A DNA stretch of 64,000 nucleotides from Bdellovibrionales bacterium (GCA_965219095.1 OZ244719.1:352001-416000), one strand, 5' to 3'; counted from the stretch's first letter, positions 21,634-33,753 are shown. Numbers and translations: made by a program. Notes: generated by a model from the sequence alone, not told the origin.

Positions 21634-22809
21634 TTAAAGAAATAAATCTAACTGTTGATAATTTTTTGAAAGATCTTTTGTTATATTTTTTTGATGAGCT
21701 TCTAAAGTTCCACCACCAATTTCAAGAAGTTTAGAATCTCTCCACAAGCGACTCACTGTGTACTCCCCTACATAACCATAACCTCCTAAAACCTGTATAG
21801 CTGAATCAGCAACCTTTTTGCCCATAGTAGAGGCAAAAAGCTTTACAGCATCTGAATCCACCCTTGTATTAACCGAAGAATATCTCATCTGAGAAGCTAA
21901 ATTATAAATATAAGATTTAGCTGCTTGGTAAGATGCATAACTATCAGCAATGTGCTTTTGAATCTGTCCAAAGTGAGAAAGGTTTTTTCCAAAAGCTTCT
22001 CTTTGATTAGAGTATTTCACCATTTCTTTAATACACCGTTTAGCAATTCCTAAGGACATAGAGGCTAATGTAAGCCTTTCAATTTCCAGATTCCTCATCA
22101 TATGATCTAAAGAACTTCCCTCCTCTCCTACAAGAGATGAAAGCGGAGCCTTACAATTTTTAAATACAAGCTCTGATGTATTAGAAGCACGCATCCCCAG
22201 CTTATCTCTAATTTTTTGCCCTAAATGCAAACCTTCAAAACCCTTTTCAATAATAAAACTAGAGATACTTTCCCCTGTTTTCACATAAAGCCAGACAACA
22301 TCACAAAGAGTTCCTCTTTCATTTAATTGCCCGTTTGTAATCCACATCTTCTCACCGTTAATAAGGTAATGATCTCTTTGTAAACTTGCAGTTGTTTTCA
22401 TATTGAGTACGTCTGTTCCTACATGAGGTTCTGACATAGCCATAGCTCCTATGAATTCACCGGAGCACAACTGGGGTAAATACTTTTGTTTCTGATCTTC
22501 AGAAGCATTTTGACAAATGTTGTTGACGCATAAAACACTATGAGCTAAATAAGCAAGGCAAAATCCTGGATCAGAAAAACTTAACTCTTCATGTACAATC
22601 ACAGAAGCAAGAGGGTCAGCCCCTCCTCCCTCGTACTCTAAAGGCACCATAAGGCCTAAGAGGCCTAACTCAGCTAACTTCTTAAAAAGAACAAGATTAA
22701 ACTCCTCTTTTCTGTCAAATTCACTAGCTTGCGGTTCAATCTCTTTAAGAACAAAGTCCTCTACCATAGCTTTTAAAATACAGTGCTCTTCAGAAAGTTT
22801 GATTTTCAT
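21634..22809 (-). CDS. Isovaleryl-CoA dehydrogenase-like acyl-CoA dehydrogenase
   Basis: GAMAMSEP..GTD, KMWITNG, KLGMRASNT, KLLEIGGGT. Confidence 0.8.
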   Translation of the reverse strand: MKIKLSEEHCILKAMVEDFVLKEIEPQASEFDRKEEFNLVLFKKLAELGLLGLMVPLEYEGGGADPLASVIVHEELSFSDPGFCLAYLAHSVLCVNNICQNASEDQKQKYLPQLCSGEFIGAMAMSEPHVGTDVLNMKTTASLQRDHYLINGEKMWITNGQLNERGTLCDVVWLYVKTGESISSFIIEKGFEGLHLGQKIRDKLGMRASNTSELVFKNCKAPLSSLVGEEGSSLDHMMRNLEIERLTLASMSLGIAKRCIKEMVKYSNQREAFGKNLSHFGQIQKHIADSYASYQAAKSYIYNLASQMRYSSVNTRVDSDAVKLFASTMGKKVADSAIQVLGGYGYVGEYTVSRLWRDSKLLEIGGGTLEAHQKNITKDLSKNYQQLDLFL

Positions 22810-23164
22810 AAGAGCAAATTAGCAAAAATTACTGTTTTTTTCTAAAACTATCACTTTGTGTCATTCTTTTAAAAATCCCCCTACCCTTAAGGCCTTGTTT
22901 TCTAGAGCTCTAAAAATCACCTTCATATATAACCTAAGTTGTGATAGTTGCGACTTGTCTCTACCAATCTTTCCAGCAAGACTGTTTTCAAGGCGAAAAA
23001 AGTCTTTTTTTTCAGTAACTTAACTCTTCCTGATAGATTTCTTTAGAGACTTTTTTACGATGTGTTCGTGATTTTTTGAGAGACAAAATCAGTAAAAGTT
23101 TTCTTTTTTTCTCAGAACAAAATAAACAAAGGTTGTTCGTGATTTATTCGTGATTGCACAGCCT

Positions 23165-25766
23165 TTATTTGATTTTGAGAAAATCTGCTACCTTTTCACC
23201 AGTATTACTCTCTAGCAAAGCCACAGTTTTTGCATATTTTTGAGTTACTTGTTGATCTGTATGGCCAAGACTGGCTTGTACAGCTGATAAGTCTCTTGTC
23301 ACAATGAGGGCTTGAGTTGCCTATGTCTTAAAATATGCGTTGAACGCCTCCTTTTTTGTTAAATAATATCGAAAATCCATAGTTGCAAAGCTATGTCTTA
23401 AAATATGCGTTGAACGCCAAGGGAGCTTTAACGACTTAAAAGCCTTATTGTAACTTTCTTGAACAGCATTATATTTGAGAAGGCCACCCTTTTTATTACA
23501 AAAAACAATACTGGAAGAATGGCTTTTAAATTTCCATTCAGTGAGTTTGTTTATAAGTATTTTAGGGAGCATGATCATTCTTGTAGATTCCTGTGTTTTT
23601 GTTGTTTCTGACATATAAGGGTCTTTAGTTTTATAGTCCCAGACTACATTTCTTACAATTTTAGCTGTTTTTTTCTCAAAATCTATTTCACTCCACATAA
23701 GCCCATAAGCTTCGCCGATTCTAGCACCAGTTAAAATCATAAAATGAGCTAAGTACCAGTACACTGGATTACTGCCTTTTTTTAACTCTTCAAGCCAGTT
23801 TAAAATTTCCTCTTGTTTCATGTAATAGTCAGGACGTCTTGCTTTTAAAGGCTTATAAATGCATTTTTCTCTATGTCTTTTTACAATAGGGACATTATAC
23901 CATTTCCAAAAATTAATTCGACATTCTTTTAACGCATAGCGTCCTGGCTTTTTGATCAAACTCTGTTAAATTTTTAGAGTGTCGAAAAAAGATTTAGTTA
24001 CACAAATTCAAGGGTATGATTTTCTAGCTACTTACAAAGTAGAAAGAAGTGCCAACATCAAGATAAAACTCCAAGCTTTGCAGCATATGCAAGAAGGAAA
24101 ATCGATTCAAGAAACAGCAAGTATAGTTTTCTATCACAGTCACAGTATCAAATCCTGGTTACAGTCTTTTGTAGACTTTGATTACGAGGGGTTGATAGAT
24201 CGAGAAGGCAGAGGGCGCAAGCCTCGTTTACCAGTGACAGAAGAAGAGAACTTCAAAATCAAGTTAGATGAAATTCAAGACAAGAGAGAAGGAGGAAGCA
24301 TAGGAGCAAAGGGAATACAGGAACTTTTAGCAAATGAATTTGACTGTTGCTATTCTCTTTCTGGGGTTTATGCTCTTTTAGACCGTCTTAATATTGTATG
24401 GATCAGTGGTCGTTCTCTTCATCCTAAAACTTCACAAGAAGCTATGGAACAGTTTAAGGAACATTTTCCAGAAGAGGTGGAGAAAATAAAAGAAAAGATT
24501 CAGACTCATAAAATAGAGATTTGGTGGCAGGATGAATGCAGAATAGGCCAGCAAGGTTCTTTAAGCAGGATTTGGGCAAGAAAAGGCACACGACCTAGAG
24601 TTGTGAGACAAAGACAATTTTTATCCACTTATATTTTTGGAGCAGTTTGTCCGGATAAAGATAAAGGCTGTGCTTGGGTTTTACCGGAATGTAATTCAGG
24701 GATGATGCAAATTCACTTAGATGAGATATCTAAAAATATTCAAGAAAACTATCATGGAATTGTTTTAATGGACAGAGCCAGTTGGCATACCACAGAGACT
24801 TTGATAGTTCCTAAGAATTTATCCATGATGCCTTTACCTCCTTATAGTCCAGAATTAAATCCCATGGAACAAGTCTGGCAACAATTACGAAGGATCAAAT
24901 TATCGAATGCATGTTTTAAAAACTATGACCATATACTGAATACTTGTTGTGAGGCCTGGAATACTTTTTGCGATCAGGAGGGCAGGATTAAAAAATTATG
25001 CACTCGATCTTGGGCAAAACAACAAGATGAATCAAGCTTGTAAATTAATTTGAACCTATAAATTAAATTGCGTAACTGATTTTTTTCATTTTACATCTTA
25101 ACCTCACTTTTTTACACTTATTTTAACCCATCAATCGATTCACACAACAATAGATATACATAAAATAAACATATCTTATGAAAACTCAACCTCCCTTCAA
25201 AAAAAACTTTTTTAAAGCCTCCTAATTGAAACTTTTCCTTAAGTCAATTTTAAAATTTTAAATTTGAACATAAAAATGTCGAATTAATTTTTGGAAATGG
25301 TATTAAAATCAGCATCAATGTAATCACGCCACCATTGTAAGATAGAGCGAAGAAGCTTTATTTCTTTAAGCAGAGACTTTCTTCTTGGATTTTTTAATGT
25401 AGGATGTTTTAAAAACCAATCAAGCCATACATCAACAGCATGAGAAGAAAAGTCATTCATTTTAAATTTTGCAAGAGGGCTTTTTATGAAGTAATTAAAC
25501 TGAAATTCATATCCTTGCCTTGTTGATTTTTTGAATTTTGGCAGACGTTCTTTCTTATATTTTTCAAGAGCCTCTAAAAAAGTAAAATCTACATAAGGAT
25601 TTTTAGTTTTGTTTAGTCCTCTTTCAATTTCTGCTTTTTCTTTTTCATGCCAGAAAAAGGCATCTGATTTATTTTCAAAGCTCTTGCTTTTAAATCTCTT
25701 TCCGTTGAGATAAATTTCAGCAACATAGAAAGCTTTATTGTTTCTTTTACGTTTAGTTATCGACAT
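23165..25766 (-). pseudogene. Tyrosine integrase disrupted by IS630 and a 66-bp insertion
   Basis: Pieces 25304..25766, 23378..23897 and 23165..23311 reconstitute TGARIGE, HILRHSFATM-ALIV, LGH..T.KY; paralogous to 60038..61237. Confidence 0.9.
23898..25303 (+). mobile_element. IS630-family element A, copy 3 (ORF 23979..25043; ATG lost by 3-bp deletion, GTG remains)
   Basis: IRs and TA duplication within integrase. Confidence 0.92.
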
Positions 25767-26032
25767 GGTTTCTCCTTTCGGTTAATCCAAGCTTCAATGC
25801 TCTTTCGTCTAAAATAAGTTTTGCCTCTAATACGGCAAAAGGGCACTTCTCTTAAAGAAACCCAGTTTCTTATTGTACGAGGAGCAACACCAAACGCACA
25901 CGCTAAGTCTTCCACAGTTATTAAATTGTCAAAGAACAGACTCTCATTTTTTTGAGAGCTAATAGTACTTTTTAGAGTACTCTTTTGAGAATTTTTTTTC
26001 AATGTTTTTTTCATTTTTTTAACTCCTTTCAA
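25757..26032 (-). CDS. Excisionase-like HTH DNA-binding protein
   Basis: LITVEDLA..FGVAPRTIRNWV..VPF..RGKTYFRR..IEAWI; overlaps integrase start. Confidence 0.8.
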   Translation of the reverse strand: MKGVKKMKKTLKKNSQKSTLKSTISSQKNESLFFDNLITVEDLACAFGVAPRTIRNWVSLREVPFCRIRGKTYFRRKSIEAWINRKEKPCR

Positions 26033-26892
26033 AAAAAGCTAGGGAACTTTTTAAAGCCCCCTAGCAGTCGATTTTTTAGCCTTTTAAAAAGGCCCTTTTT
26101 CTGTCTCGCTTTTCTGCTCTTTTTTTGACACTCTTCCTACAACTAAAAGCTCTCCTGAAACAGGCAAGCTTGAGAGCTTGAAAGAGAAGCCGTCTTTTGT
26201 TTTTAGAGGGAAAGCCCCCCTTTAAGAACTCTGAGGTTTCCTTACCGAATATGGTGAATTTACACACTCAAAAAAGCATTGTAAATTTTACTTTTTTCGT
26301 TTTGCATTATGCTACTCCTTTCATAATTGATTTGTTGTTTATTTTTTGACCCTTTTTTACTCCTTTCTTGGCCATTAAAAAAACTAAAGCTAAACTCAAA
26401 AAAAACAAGAATCCTTTAATCTGATAGAGAGAAGGAAGGGGGGGCATGCAAGACATGTTTTCAGCACTATAATGAAATTCCAGAATTTTCTTAAAGCTAC
26501 TCATAAAGCTCACTCCTTTAAGTTAAAAATTTGAAACAAATCTTGTGAAGTTTTAAGATTATCAATGAGTACGGCTTGAACAACCTAACTGTCTTTCTTT
26601 TACTTGCAGGATTTTGTATCCAAAATAAAACAATATCTTTAAAAAGCTCGTTACATTCTTTTTACCTCCGATCTGTTTTTACAGAGTAGTTAAAAACGCT
26701 GAAGTTGGACCCATTCTTAAAAAGAAGTTCTCTGCTCTCCTTTTTGAAAGGTAAAAATTACATCACTATAAAAAATTTATACAGTTTTTATAGTTTTAAA
26801 AAAAATAGTTTGTGTTTTAACTTCTTTATGATAGACTCACTTTAATGATTATGAAAACAAGGCCAGACTGGAAGTCTAAAGTTAAGGGAGTA

Positions 26893-26983
26893 GGTGACAA
26901 TTTTTGTCACCTTTTGAATTTTTTTTACAGTCTTAGAGGCTCAGCTTTAAATAATAAGGAGTTAAGCTTGGAATAGTTTTTGC
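26893..26983 (+). promoter_or_regulatory. Possible sigma54 promoter with upstream palindrome for the ankyrin gene
   Basis: TGGAATAGTTTTTGC (GG-N10-GC) 26969-26983; GGTGACAA-TTT-TTGTCACC 26893-26911. Confidence 0.45.
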
Positions 26984-27105
26984 TATATATAATTTTAGAA
27001 AGGTTAAAGCTCCTTACCTAGATATAAGAAAATAGGACTTAAAAACAAAAAAATGAAAGATAGCTATTTGAAATAAATATCTTTCACAAATAGAAGGAGG
27101 ATGTT

Positions 27106-28212
27106 ATGAAACCAAATAACAATAATATAAGGAAGGCTTTAATAGCTTTATTTGCTATGGGAGCTTTAATAAACTTAAGCTTTCCTGCTTTTTCTGAAGA
27201 TCTGGATCCTGAATATGTGGATTGCTCTAAATACTTTAAAAAAGAGTTAAGAGAAGTTATTTCCGAAGGAAGAATTAATCTTTTTAGAAAAATATTAGAA
27301 CAGTGTCAAGCTGAAATACCTGTGAATTATAGGATTGGTTATACAAATCAAACTATGTTGGAATATGCCCTTGAATTTGAGCAAGAAAAAATGGCAGTAC
27401 TTCTTTTGTCATACAAAGCCAATGCGAATAATAAATCACTACAAAATGCACTTACGAAAGCAATAGAAAGTGGGGATTTAAGTTTTGCAAGATTTCTTAA
27501 TAAGAATGGTGCTGATTTAGAAAGTGTACTTATAGATGCAGTAAAGAAAGGAGATTTAAATCTTGTAAAGTCTCTTCTCGAATTTCCAGTAAGAAATGTA
27601 AATGCTAAAGATAATATCGGAATGACAGCATTTATGTATGCAGCACGTTACGGAGAACTCGATATTCTAGAGCTTCTTTCTAAAGTTAAGGGTTTAGATG
27701 TAAATGCTAAAGATAATAGCGGAAAGACAGCATTTATGTATGCAACACTTTACGGAGAACTCGATATTGTAGAGCTTCTTTCTAAAGTTAAAGGTTTAGA
27801 TGTAAATGCTAGAAATAAATACGGAATGACAGCATTTATGTATGCAGCACGTTACGAAGAACTCGATATTCTAGAGCTTCTTTCTAAAGTTAAAGGTTTA
27901 GATGTAAATGCTAAAGATGATGACGGAATGACAGCATTTATGTATGCAGCACGTTACGGAGAACTCGATAGTGTAGAGCTTCTTTCTAAAGTTAAAGGTT
28001 TAGATGTAAATGCTAAAGATAATGACGGAATGACAGCATTTATGTATGCAGCACGTTACGGAAATCTCGATAGTGTAAGATTTCTTTCTAAAGTTAAAGG
28101 TTTAGATGTAAATGCTAAAGATGATGACGGAATGACAGCATTTATGTATGCAGAAGAGGGAGGACATTTAGATGTGGTAGACTTTCTCAAAGGACTGTTA
28201 TTGAAAAAGTAA
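27106..28212 (+). CDS. Secreted ankyrin-repeat protein
   Basis: Signal peptide ending AFS; repeats DVNAKD.DGMTAFMYAARYG.LD.VELL; RBS AAGGAGG. Confidence 0.93.
   Translation: MKPNNNNIRKALIALFAMGALINLSFPAFSEDLDPEYVDCSKYFKKELREVISEGRINLFRKILEQCQAEIPVNYRIGYTNQTMLEYALEFEQEKMAVLLLSYKANANNKSLQNALTKAIESGDLSFARFLNKNGADLESVLIDAVKKGDLNLVKSLLEFPVRNVNAKDNIGMTAFMYAARYGELDILELLSKVKGLDVNAKDNSGKTAFMYATLYGELDIVELLSKVKGLDVNARNKYGMTAFMYAARYEELDILELLSKVKGLDVNAKDDDGMTAFMYAARYGELDSVELLSKVKGLDVNAKDNDGMTAFMYAARYGNLDSVRFLSKVKGLDVNAKDDDGMTAFMYAEEGGHLDVVDFLKGLLLKK
27598..28152 (+). repeat. 102-bp tandem repeat x~5.4 (34-aa ankyrin units)
   Basis: Units start at 27598, 27700, 27802, 27904, 28006 and 28108. Confidence 0.93.
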
Positions 28213-28467
28213 AGTCAGAAAACTGTATTATGAGCCTGTAAATTAAATTGTATAACTGATTTTCTCATTTTAAATATCACTTCCTTGACAAACAGCCATG
28301 TATCCTTTTGAAGGTTGTTTTTTTATAAACCTAGTACAGCATAACATAGTTATGTGGGTCGGTTGTTATTCATCCCTACCAATCTTTCCAGCAAGACTTT
28401 TTCAAGACGAAAAAAGTCTTTTTTTTCAGTAAATTAGTCGAATGTGAAACAAATAGGAAACCTTTAG

Positions 28468-28591
28468 AATTATACCGGTCACTTTGGAAAATTGAAGAAC
28501 TGTTTCGTATTAACAAGCATACCTTGAAGATGCGTCCTATCTATCACAGACTCTCTGAAAGAATTAAATCTCATCTTTTTATTTGTTTTTT
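28468..28591 (+). pseudogene. IS1634 transposase fragment
   Basis: Translates YRSLWKIEELFRINKHTLKMRPIYHRLSERIKSHLFICF. Confidence 0.75.
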
Positions 28592-28651
28592 GTAACTCGG
28601 TTATCTGACCGCCCTATCCAAGATTAAATTTTTCTTAAGAGGGAGGATTTT

Positions 28652-29308
28652 ATGGAAGAAGGGATTAATTTAAAAAAGAAGATACAGCTTTGTCGAGAGG
28701 AGAGTTCCAACAAGAAGCTTATCCGCTACCCAGAAGCTCTTAAGAGAGAGATTCTAGATTTTTTGAAAGAGGAAAAGGTTTCTAAATTTTGTAAAGAGAC
28801 AAAGGTCACCTCTTCCACGATCAATAACTGGAAGAAGTCTTATGTTTCAACAGTATCCCCTAAGAAGTCTCTTTTTAAGGCCGTCTCTTTGAAAAAGGAA
28901 AAGTCATGTGATGAAAGAGAAGGTCTTAGTCTTAAAGGGTCTAGGTTGGGAAGAGGTTTTAGAGTTAGTGAGGAGTTTATGATCTTTTTATCTGAAGGCT
29001 ACCGTATTTTTGTCTGCTCTCAAAAGATAGACATGCGATGGAGTTTTGAGAGGTTGAGTTATCTGGTGAGAAGTGAGATGGAAGGAGAGATCAACTTGGG
29101 AGATCTTTATCTTTTTCTAGGTTTTAACAGAAAGAGATTAAAAGGGCTGTTCTATGATGGGAGTGGTCTTGTTTTACTAACAAAGAGGATGGAGAAAGAA
29201 AGGTTTATGAGTTTAAGTGATTTAAGTTCTCCCGAGTTAACAAGGAGTGAATTGAATCTTTTAGTTCATGGTTCAATTTTAAGAAAGTACGAGCTTAAGA
29301 AAAGATAA
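28652..29308 (+). CDS. IS66 TnpA-TnpB in a single reading frame
   Basis: N-term HTH (YPEALKREIL..WKK); C-term IDMR..F, LYLF..R..LKGLFYDGSG..L.TKR.E. Confidence 0.75.
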   Translation: MEEGINLKKKIQLCREESSNKKLIRYPEALKREILDFLKEEKVSKFCKETKVTSSTINNWKKSYVSTVSPKKSLFKAVSLKKEKSCDEREGLSLKGSRLGRGFRVSEEFMIFLSEGYRIFVCSQKIDMRWSFERLSYLVRSEMEGEINLGDLYLFLGFNRKRLKGLFYDGSGLVLLTKRMEKERFMSLSDLSSPELTRSELNLLVHGSILRKYELKKR

Positions 29309-29393
29309 TTTTTTTAGATTATTTTTTTAAATTTTTTTTATTTTTTTTAAAAAAAAGCTTTCAAAACAAAAACAGACATGTTGACATTAATGT

Positions 29394-32233
29394 ATGCAGA
29401 TGAGTCTTTTTCCTTATTTAAAAAAAAGCGAAAACCCTAAATATAAATATCTTCCTTCGTTTATTCGAGAGGAAAAAGATCTGGAAAACATAAAGTTGAT
29501 TTCTAATGAACTCATTCACCTTTATAAAAAAGAATTTAAACTTTTAAAAAGAGAGTTAAATGAGCTTAAGAAGAAAAAGGCCAAAGAAGATCAATTAAAG
29601 CTTTTTAATGATGAGCTACTTAGTAAGTTCAAGAAAATAGTATTTGGAAAATCCAGTGAAAAAAGAAAACTATCTTCTCGTAGTAGAAAGAAGCTTAAAA
29701 AGACAATTCTTCTTGAATCTGAGAGTTTAGTTCCTGCTCCTAAAGAAGGGGAGGTGAAGGCCTTAAAAGAGATAAGAGTAGATCATAAGCTCACAGACGA
29801 AGAACTTTCTGATATAGCACAGCAGTATGGTTATCCTAAGGACAGTGAGTGGGAGGAATTAAAGATTCAAGACGTGTCAGGAGAGGTTGATGTTTATGTA
29901 AGAAGCTATGTTAGAAAGAAGTATCATCTTTACAAGTACCGTCTGAAGGCAAGCAAAGTGGGAGAAAAAGAGATCATAGTATCAGCTCCTGTTCCTAAGA
30001 AAATTGTTCCAGGATCTAAGTATTCCCCAAAATTTGCGGTAGAAGTAGCGAGTCAAAAGTACTTGTATCACCTTCCTTTAGAGAGAGTAAGAAGAATGAT
30101 GGAATCAGATGGTTTGAAGGTGAATTGTAGAACTCTTTATAATCTTTGTTATTTTATGAGTTGTTATTTAGAGCCTGTGAGAGAAAAGATCAAAGAGGAA
30201 CTTCTTAAACTAGACAGAACGATTCATATTGATGAAACTCCATGGCCTATTAATAATTCACATCAAAAGGACGGCTACATGTTTGTTATAAGTCATCAGG
30301 GAGGAAGTTTTTATTACTTTAGTGAGAGCCGTTCAGCCTGTTCTATTAAAAAACTCTTAGGCTCTTATAAGGGGCCTATTTTAACAGATGGATACGTTAG
30401 TTATAAAACACATTTTAAGGGTGAAAAGGGTGATCTTCCCCCAAAAAAGTGGACAGTTTTTATGTTCTTAAAGCCCTCCTTTGTTTAAATTCTTTTGGGC
30501 TCATGTATTTCAAGGAAGAATGCATTCTTACCTTGTTATACCAATCCATGTAAATTGCAATTTTTTTCTCCAACTCTTCTTTCGTTGTACAGTCTTTGTA
30601 TTCCAGTTCATCTTTCAACGTATGGAAAAAGCTCTCCACAAACGCATTATCATAACAATTTCCTTTCCTAGACATAGATTGCTTGAGGCCAAAGAATTTC
30701 AATTCTTTTCTAAACCCTTCACAACAATATTGAACCCCTTGATCCGAGTGGATTATCAAGCCCTCTAAGTTCCCAGAAACAGATTGGACTGCGGCTCTCA
30801 GAGCCTGTTTTGAATGAACCCCGTCCAAGCTCTCACAGAGCTTCCAAGACTTAATCTCTCGATTATAGACATCTAAAAATACAACCAAATACAGAAATTT
30901 ATCTCTAAAAGGAATATAGGTTAAATCCGAACACCATACCTGGTTTTCTTTTCCTGCTTGGCTCTGTCCTGTCTTAAACAACCGAGGAGACTTAATCATG
31001 AGAGGGTTATTCTTTGTTGTTCTAGGAACATAGGGTTTTTTCTGACGGGCACTGAGATTCTTTAGTTTCATAATTCGAGCTACTTTGTTTTCTCCAGCAC
31101 TCACTCCGCAACGCTTTAATTCCCTATACACCCTGGGGGAACCATAACAGCCTTTATTTTTTTTAAAAATAGATTCTATGTTTTTCTCCAGATTTTTATC
31201 CTTTTCAAGCTTTCCCCTGGTTTTTAAAAAACTATAAAAACCAGAACGAGATCCTCTTAATAATTCGCAAATGCGAAGCACTGGATGCCCTTTCTCTTTT
31301 ACATAAAACATAGCCTTAAATCTCATTTCAGGATTTCCTTTGAAAAAAAAGCCGCTGCCTCTTTCAATATACCTACACTCCGCCTCTCATAGACCAGCTC
31401 CTTTTTTAACCTCTTTATTTCCTCCAATGCCGAAGCCAAGTCATGGGAAGCTTGTCTTTCTACTTCAGGCTTTAGAAAACGCTTCCAAGAGCTTATCACT
31501 TGGAAATTTCTCAGTCCTAGCTTCTCTGAGGCTTCCTTTGCACCTATTTCCTCTGCCAATTCAATGGCTTGCTTTTTAAACTCTTCCGAGTACTGTTTTA
31601 CTTTTTCCATTCTTTCTTTTACCTCCATTTTATGGAGACTTTAAGAGAAAATTGACTGTCCGCAGAAACAGGGGAAGTTCAGGGAATTGATCTTGCTTTT
31701 TGCTGGTCTCAGTGATAAGAAAGTTTATTGACATAGAACAGAATTACCCTGAGGAGTGTGGAAAAGTATTAAAGCTTATGGGGAAGATTTTTAAAGTTGA
31801 ATCAAAGGCAAAAACTTATGAAGAGCTCAAAAATTTAAGACAAACAGAATCAAAGGATTTAGTTCTTTCTCTGCAAGATCTGTATTATAAACTTTATGGA
31901 GAAGCTCGTCCTGAGAGTGGCTTAAAAAAGGCTATTGATTATAGCTTTAATCACTGGGATGGCTTAAATTTATTTTTAGAAAATGAGAAAATTCCTATGA
32001 CAAACAATGAAGCAGAAAGAACGATTCGACATTCTGTGATGGGAAGAAAGAACTTTCATGGGTCAAGGACTCAGAGAGGAACTGAAACAGCATCAGTACT
32101 TTACAGTATTGTGGAAAGTTGTAAGAAGGTGGAATTAGATCCTAAGGACTATATTTTAATGGTTGTGGGAAACTCCCTCGATAAGATGCCTATTAAAACG
32201 CCTTTTGAGTATACAAGTGAGCTTCGTTCTTAA
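29394..32233 (+). pseudogene. IS66 TnpC split by IS3 and frameshifted
   Basis: FGKSSEK, KY.YHLPL.R, IDET, TDGY; after IS3 CWS, TNNEAERTIR..GRKN. Confidence 0.88.
30431..31681 (-). mobile_element. IS3-family element, intact (orfA 31323..31628, orfB 30460..31326)
   Basis: Near-identical to 14051..15301; GGG target duplication. Confidence 0.93.
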
Positions 32234-32341
32234 AGAATAAAGCACAAAAAAAATCAAAATTACGAAAAAAAACTAAGAATTATTCTTTTAAGAACTTCTC
32301 TAATACTTTTGTAACGGGGAAGGCCTTAGGAAAACGTCTTA

Positions 32342-33753
32342 TACCATTTCCAAAAATTAATTCGACATTCTTTTAACGCATTGCGTCCTGGCTTTTTGAT
32401 AAAACTCTGTTAAATTTTTAGAGTCATGTCGAAAAAAGATTTAGTTACACAGATTCAAGGGTATAATTTTCTAGCTACTTACAAAGTAGAAAGAAGTGCC
32501 AACATCAAGACAAAATTATTGGCTTTGCAGCATATGCAAGAAGGAAAATCGATTCAAGAAACAGCAGGTATGGTTTTGTATCACCGTCACAGTATCAAAT
32601 CTTGGTTACAGTCTTTTGTAGACTTTGATTACGAGGGATTGATAGATCGAGAAGGCAGAGGACGCAAGCCTCGTTTGCCAGTGACAGAAGAGGAGAACTT
32701 CAAAATCAAGTTAGATGAAATTCAAGACAAAAGAGAGGGAGGAAGCATAGGAGCAAAGGAAATACAGAAACTTTTAGCAGATGAATTTGACTGTTGCTAT
32801 TCTCTTTCTGGGGTTTATGTTTCTTTAGACCGCCTTAATATTGTATGGATCAGTGGTCGTTCTCTTCATCCTAAAAGTTCATTAAGAAGCTATGGAACAG
32901 TTTAAGGAACATTTTCCAGAAGAGGTGGAGAAAATAAAGGAAAAGATTCAGACTAATAAAATAGAGATTTGGTGGCAGGATGAATGCAGAATAAGCTCAG
33001 CAAGGTTCTTTGAGTAGGATTTGGGCAAGAAAAGGCACACGGCCTAGAGTTGTGAGGCAAAGACAATTTTTATCCACTTATATTTTTGGAGCAGTTTGTC
33101 CGGATAGAGATAAAGGCTGTGCTTGGATTTTACCGGAATGTAATTCAGGGATGATGCAAATTCACTTAGATGAGATATCTAAAAATATTCAAGAAAACTA
33201 TCATGGAATTGTTTTAATGGACAGAGCCAGTTGGCATACCACAGAGACTTTGATAGTTCCTAAGAATTTATCCCTGATGCCTTTACCTCCTTATAGTCCA
33301 GAATTAAATCCCATGGAACAAGTCTGGCAACAATTACGAAGGATCAAATTATCGAATGCATGTTTTAAAAACTATGACCATATACTGAATACTTGTTGTG
33401 AGGCCTGGAATACTTTTTGCGATCAGGAGGGCAGGATTAAAAAATTATGCACTCGATCTTGGACAAAACAACAAGATGAATCAAGCTTGTAAATTAATTT
33501 GAACCTATAAATTAAATTGTGTAACTGATTTTTGTCATTTTAAATTTTAACCTCACTTTTTTACACTTATTTTAACCCATCAATCGATTTACACAACAAA
33601 TAGATATACCTGAAATAAACTTATCTTATGAAAACTTAAACTCACCTTAAAAGAAGTTTTTTTAAAACCTCCTAACTGAAACTTTTCCTTAAGTCAATTT
33701 TAAAATTTTAAATTTGAACATGAAAATGTCGAATTAATTTCTGTAATTGGTAT
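32342..33753 (+). mobile_element. IS630-family element A, copy 4, diverged and frameshifted
   Basis: IRs; transposase broken into 32426..32905 and 33010..33492. Confidence 0.9.

Larger units (their letters stand above)
22961..28432. mobile_element. Putative mini integrative element 1 (int, xis, ankyrin cargo) between 58-bp direct repeats
   Basis: CTACCAATCTTTCCAGCAAGACT..TTTTCAAG.CGAAAAAAGTCTTTTTTTTCAGTAA at 22961-23018 and 28376-28432. Confidence 0.6.

Noticed and set aside
26307..26513. Small ORFs 26307..26513 and 61764..62015 as conserved proteins
   Set aside because: Share only about 25 codons, then diverge where the hairpin is deleted; coding status unsupported, though a leader peptide is not excluded
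27598..28152. Ankyrin repeats as CRISPR array or DGR variable region
   Set aside because: In-frame coding repeats without spacers; differences are not adenine-specific; no reverse transcriptase or template repeat in the window
28335..28360. Chromosomal dif site
   Set aside because: Only 5-bp spacer and a poor XerD arm; kept only as a loose note in the element finding
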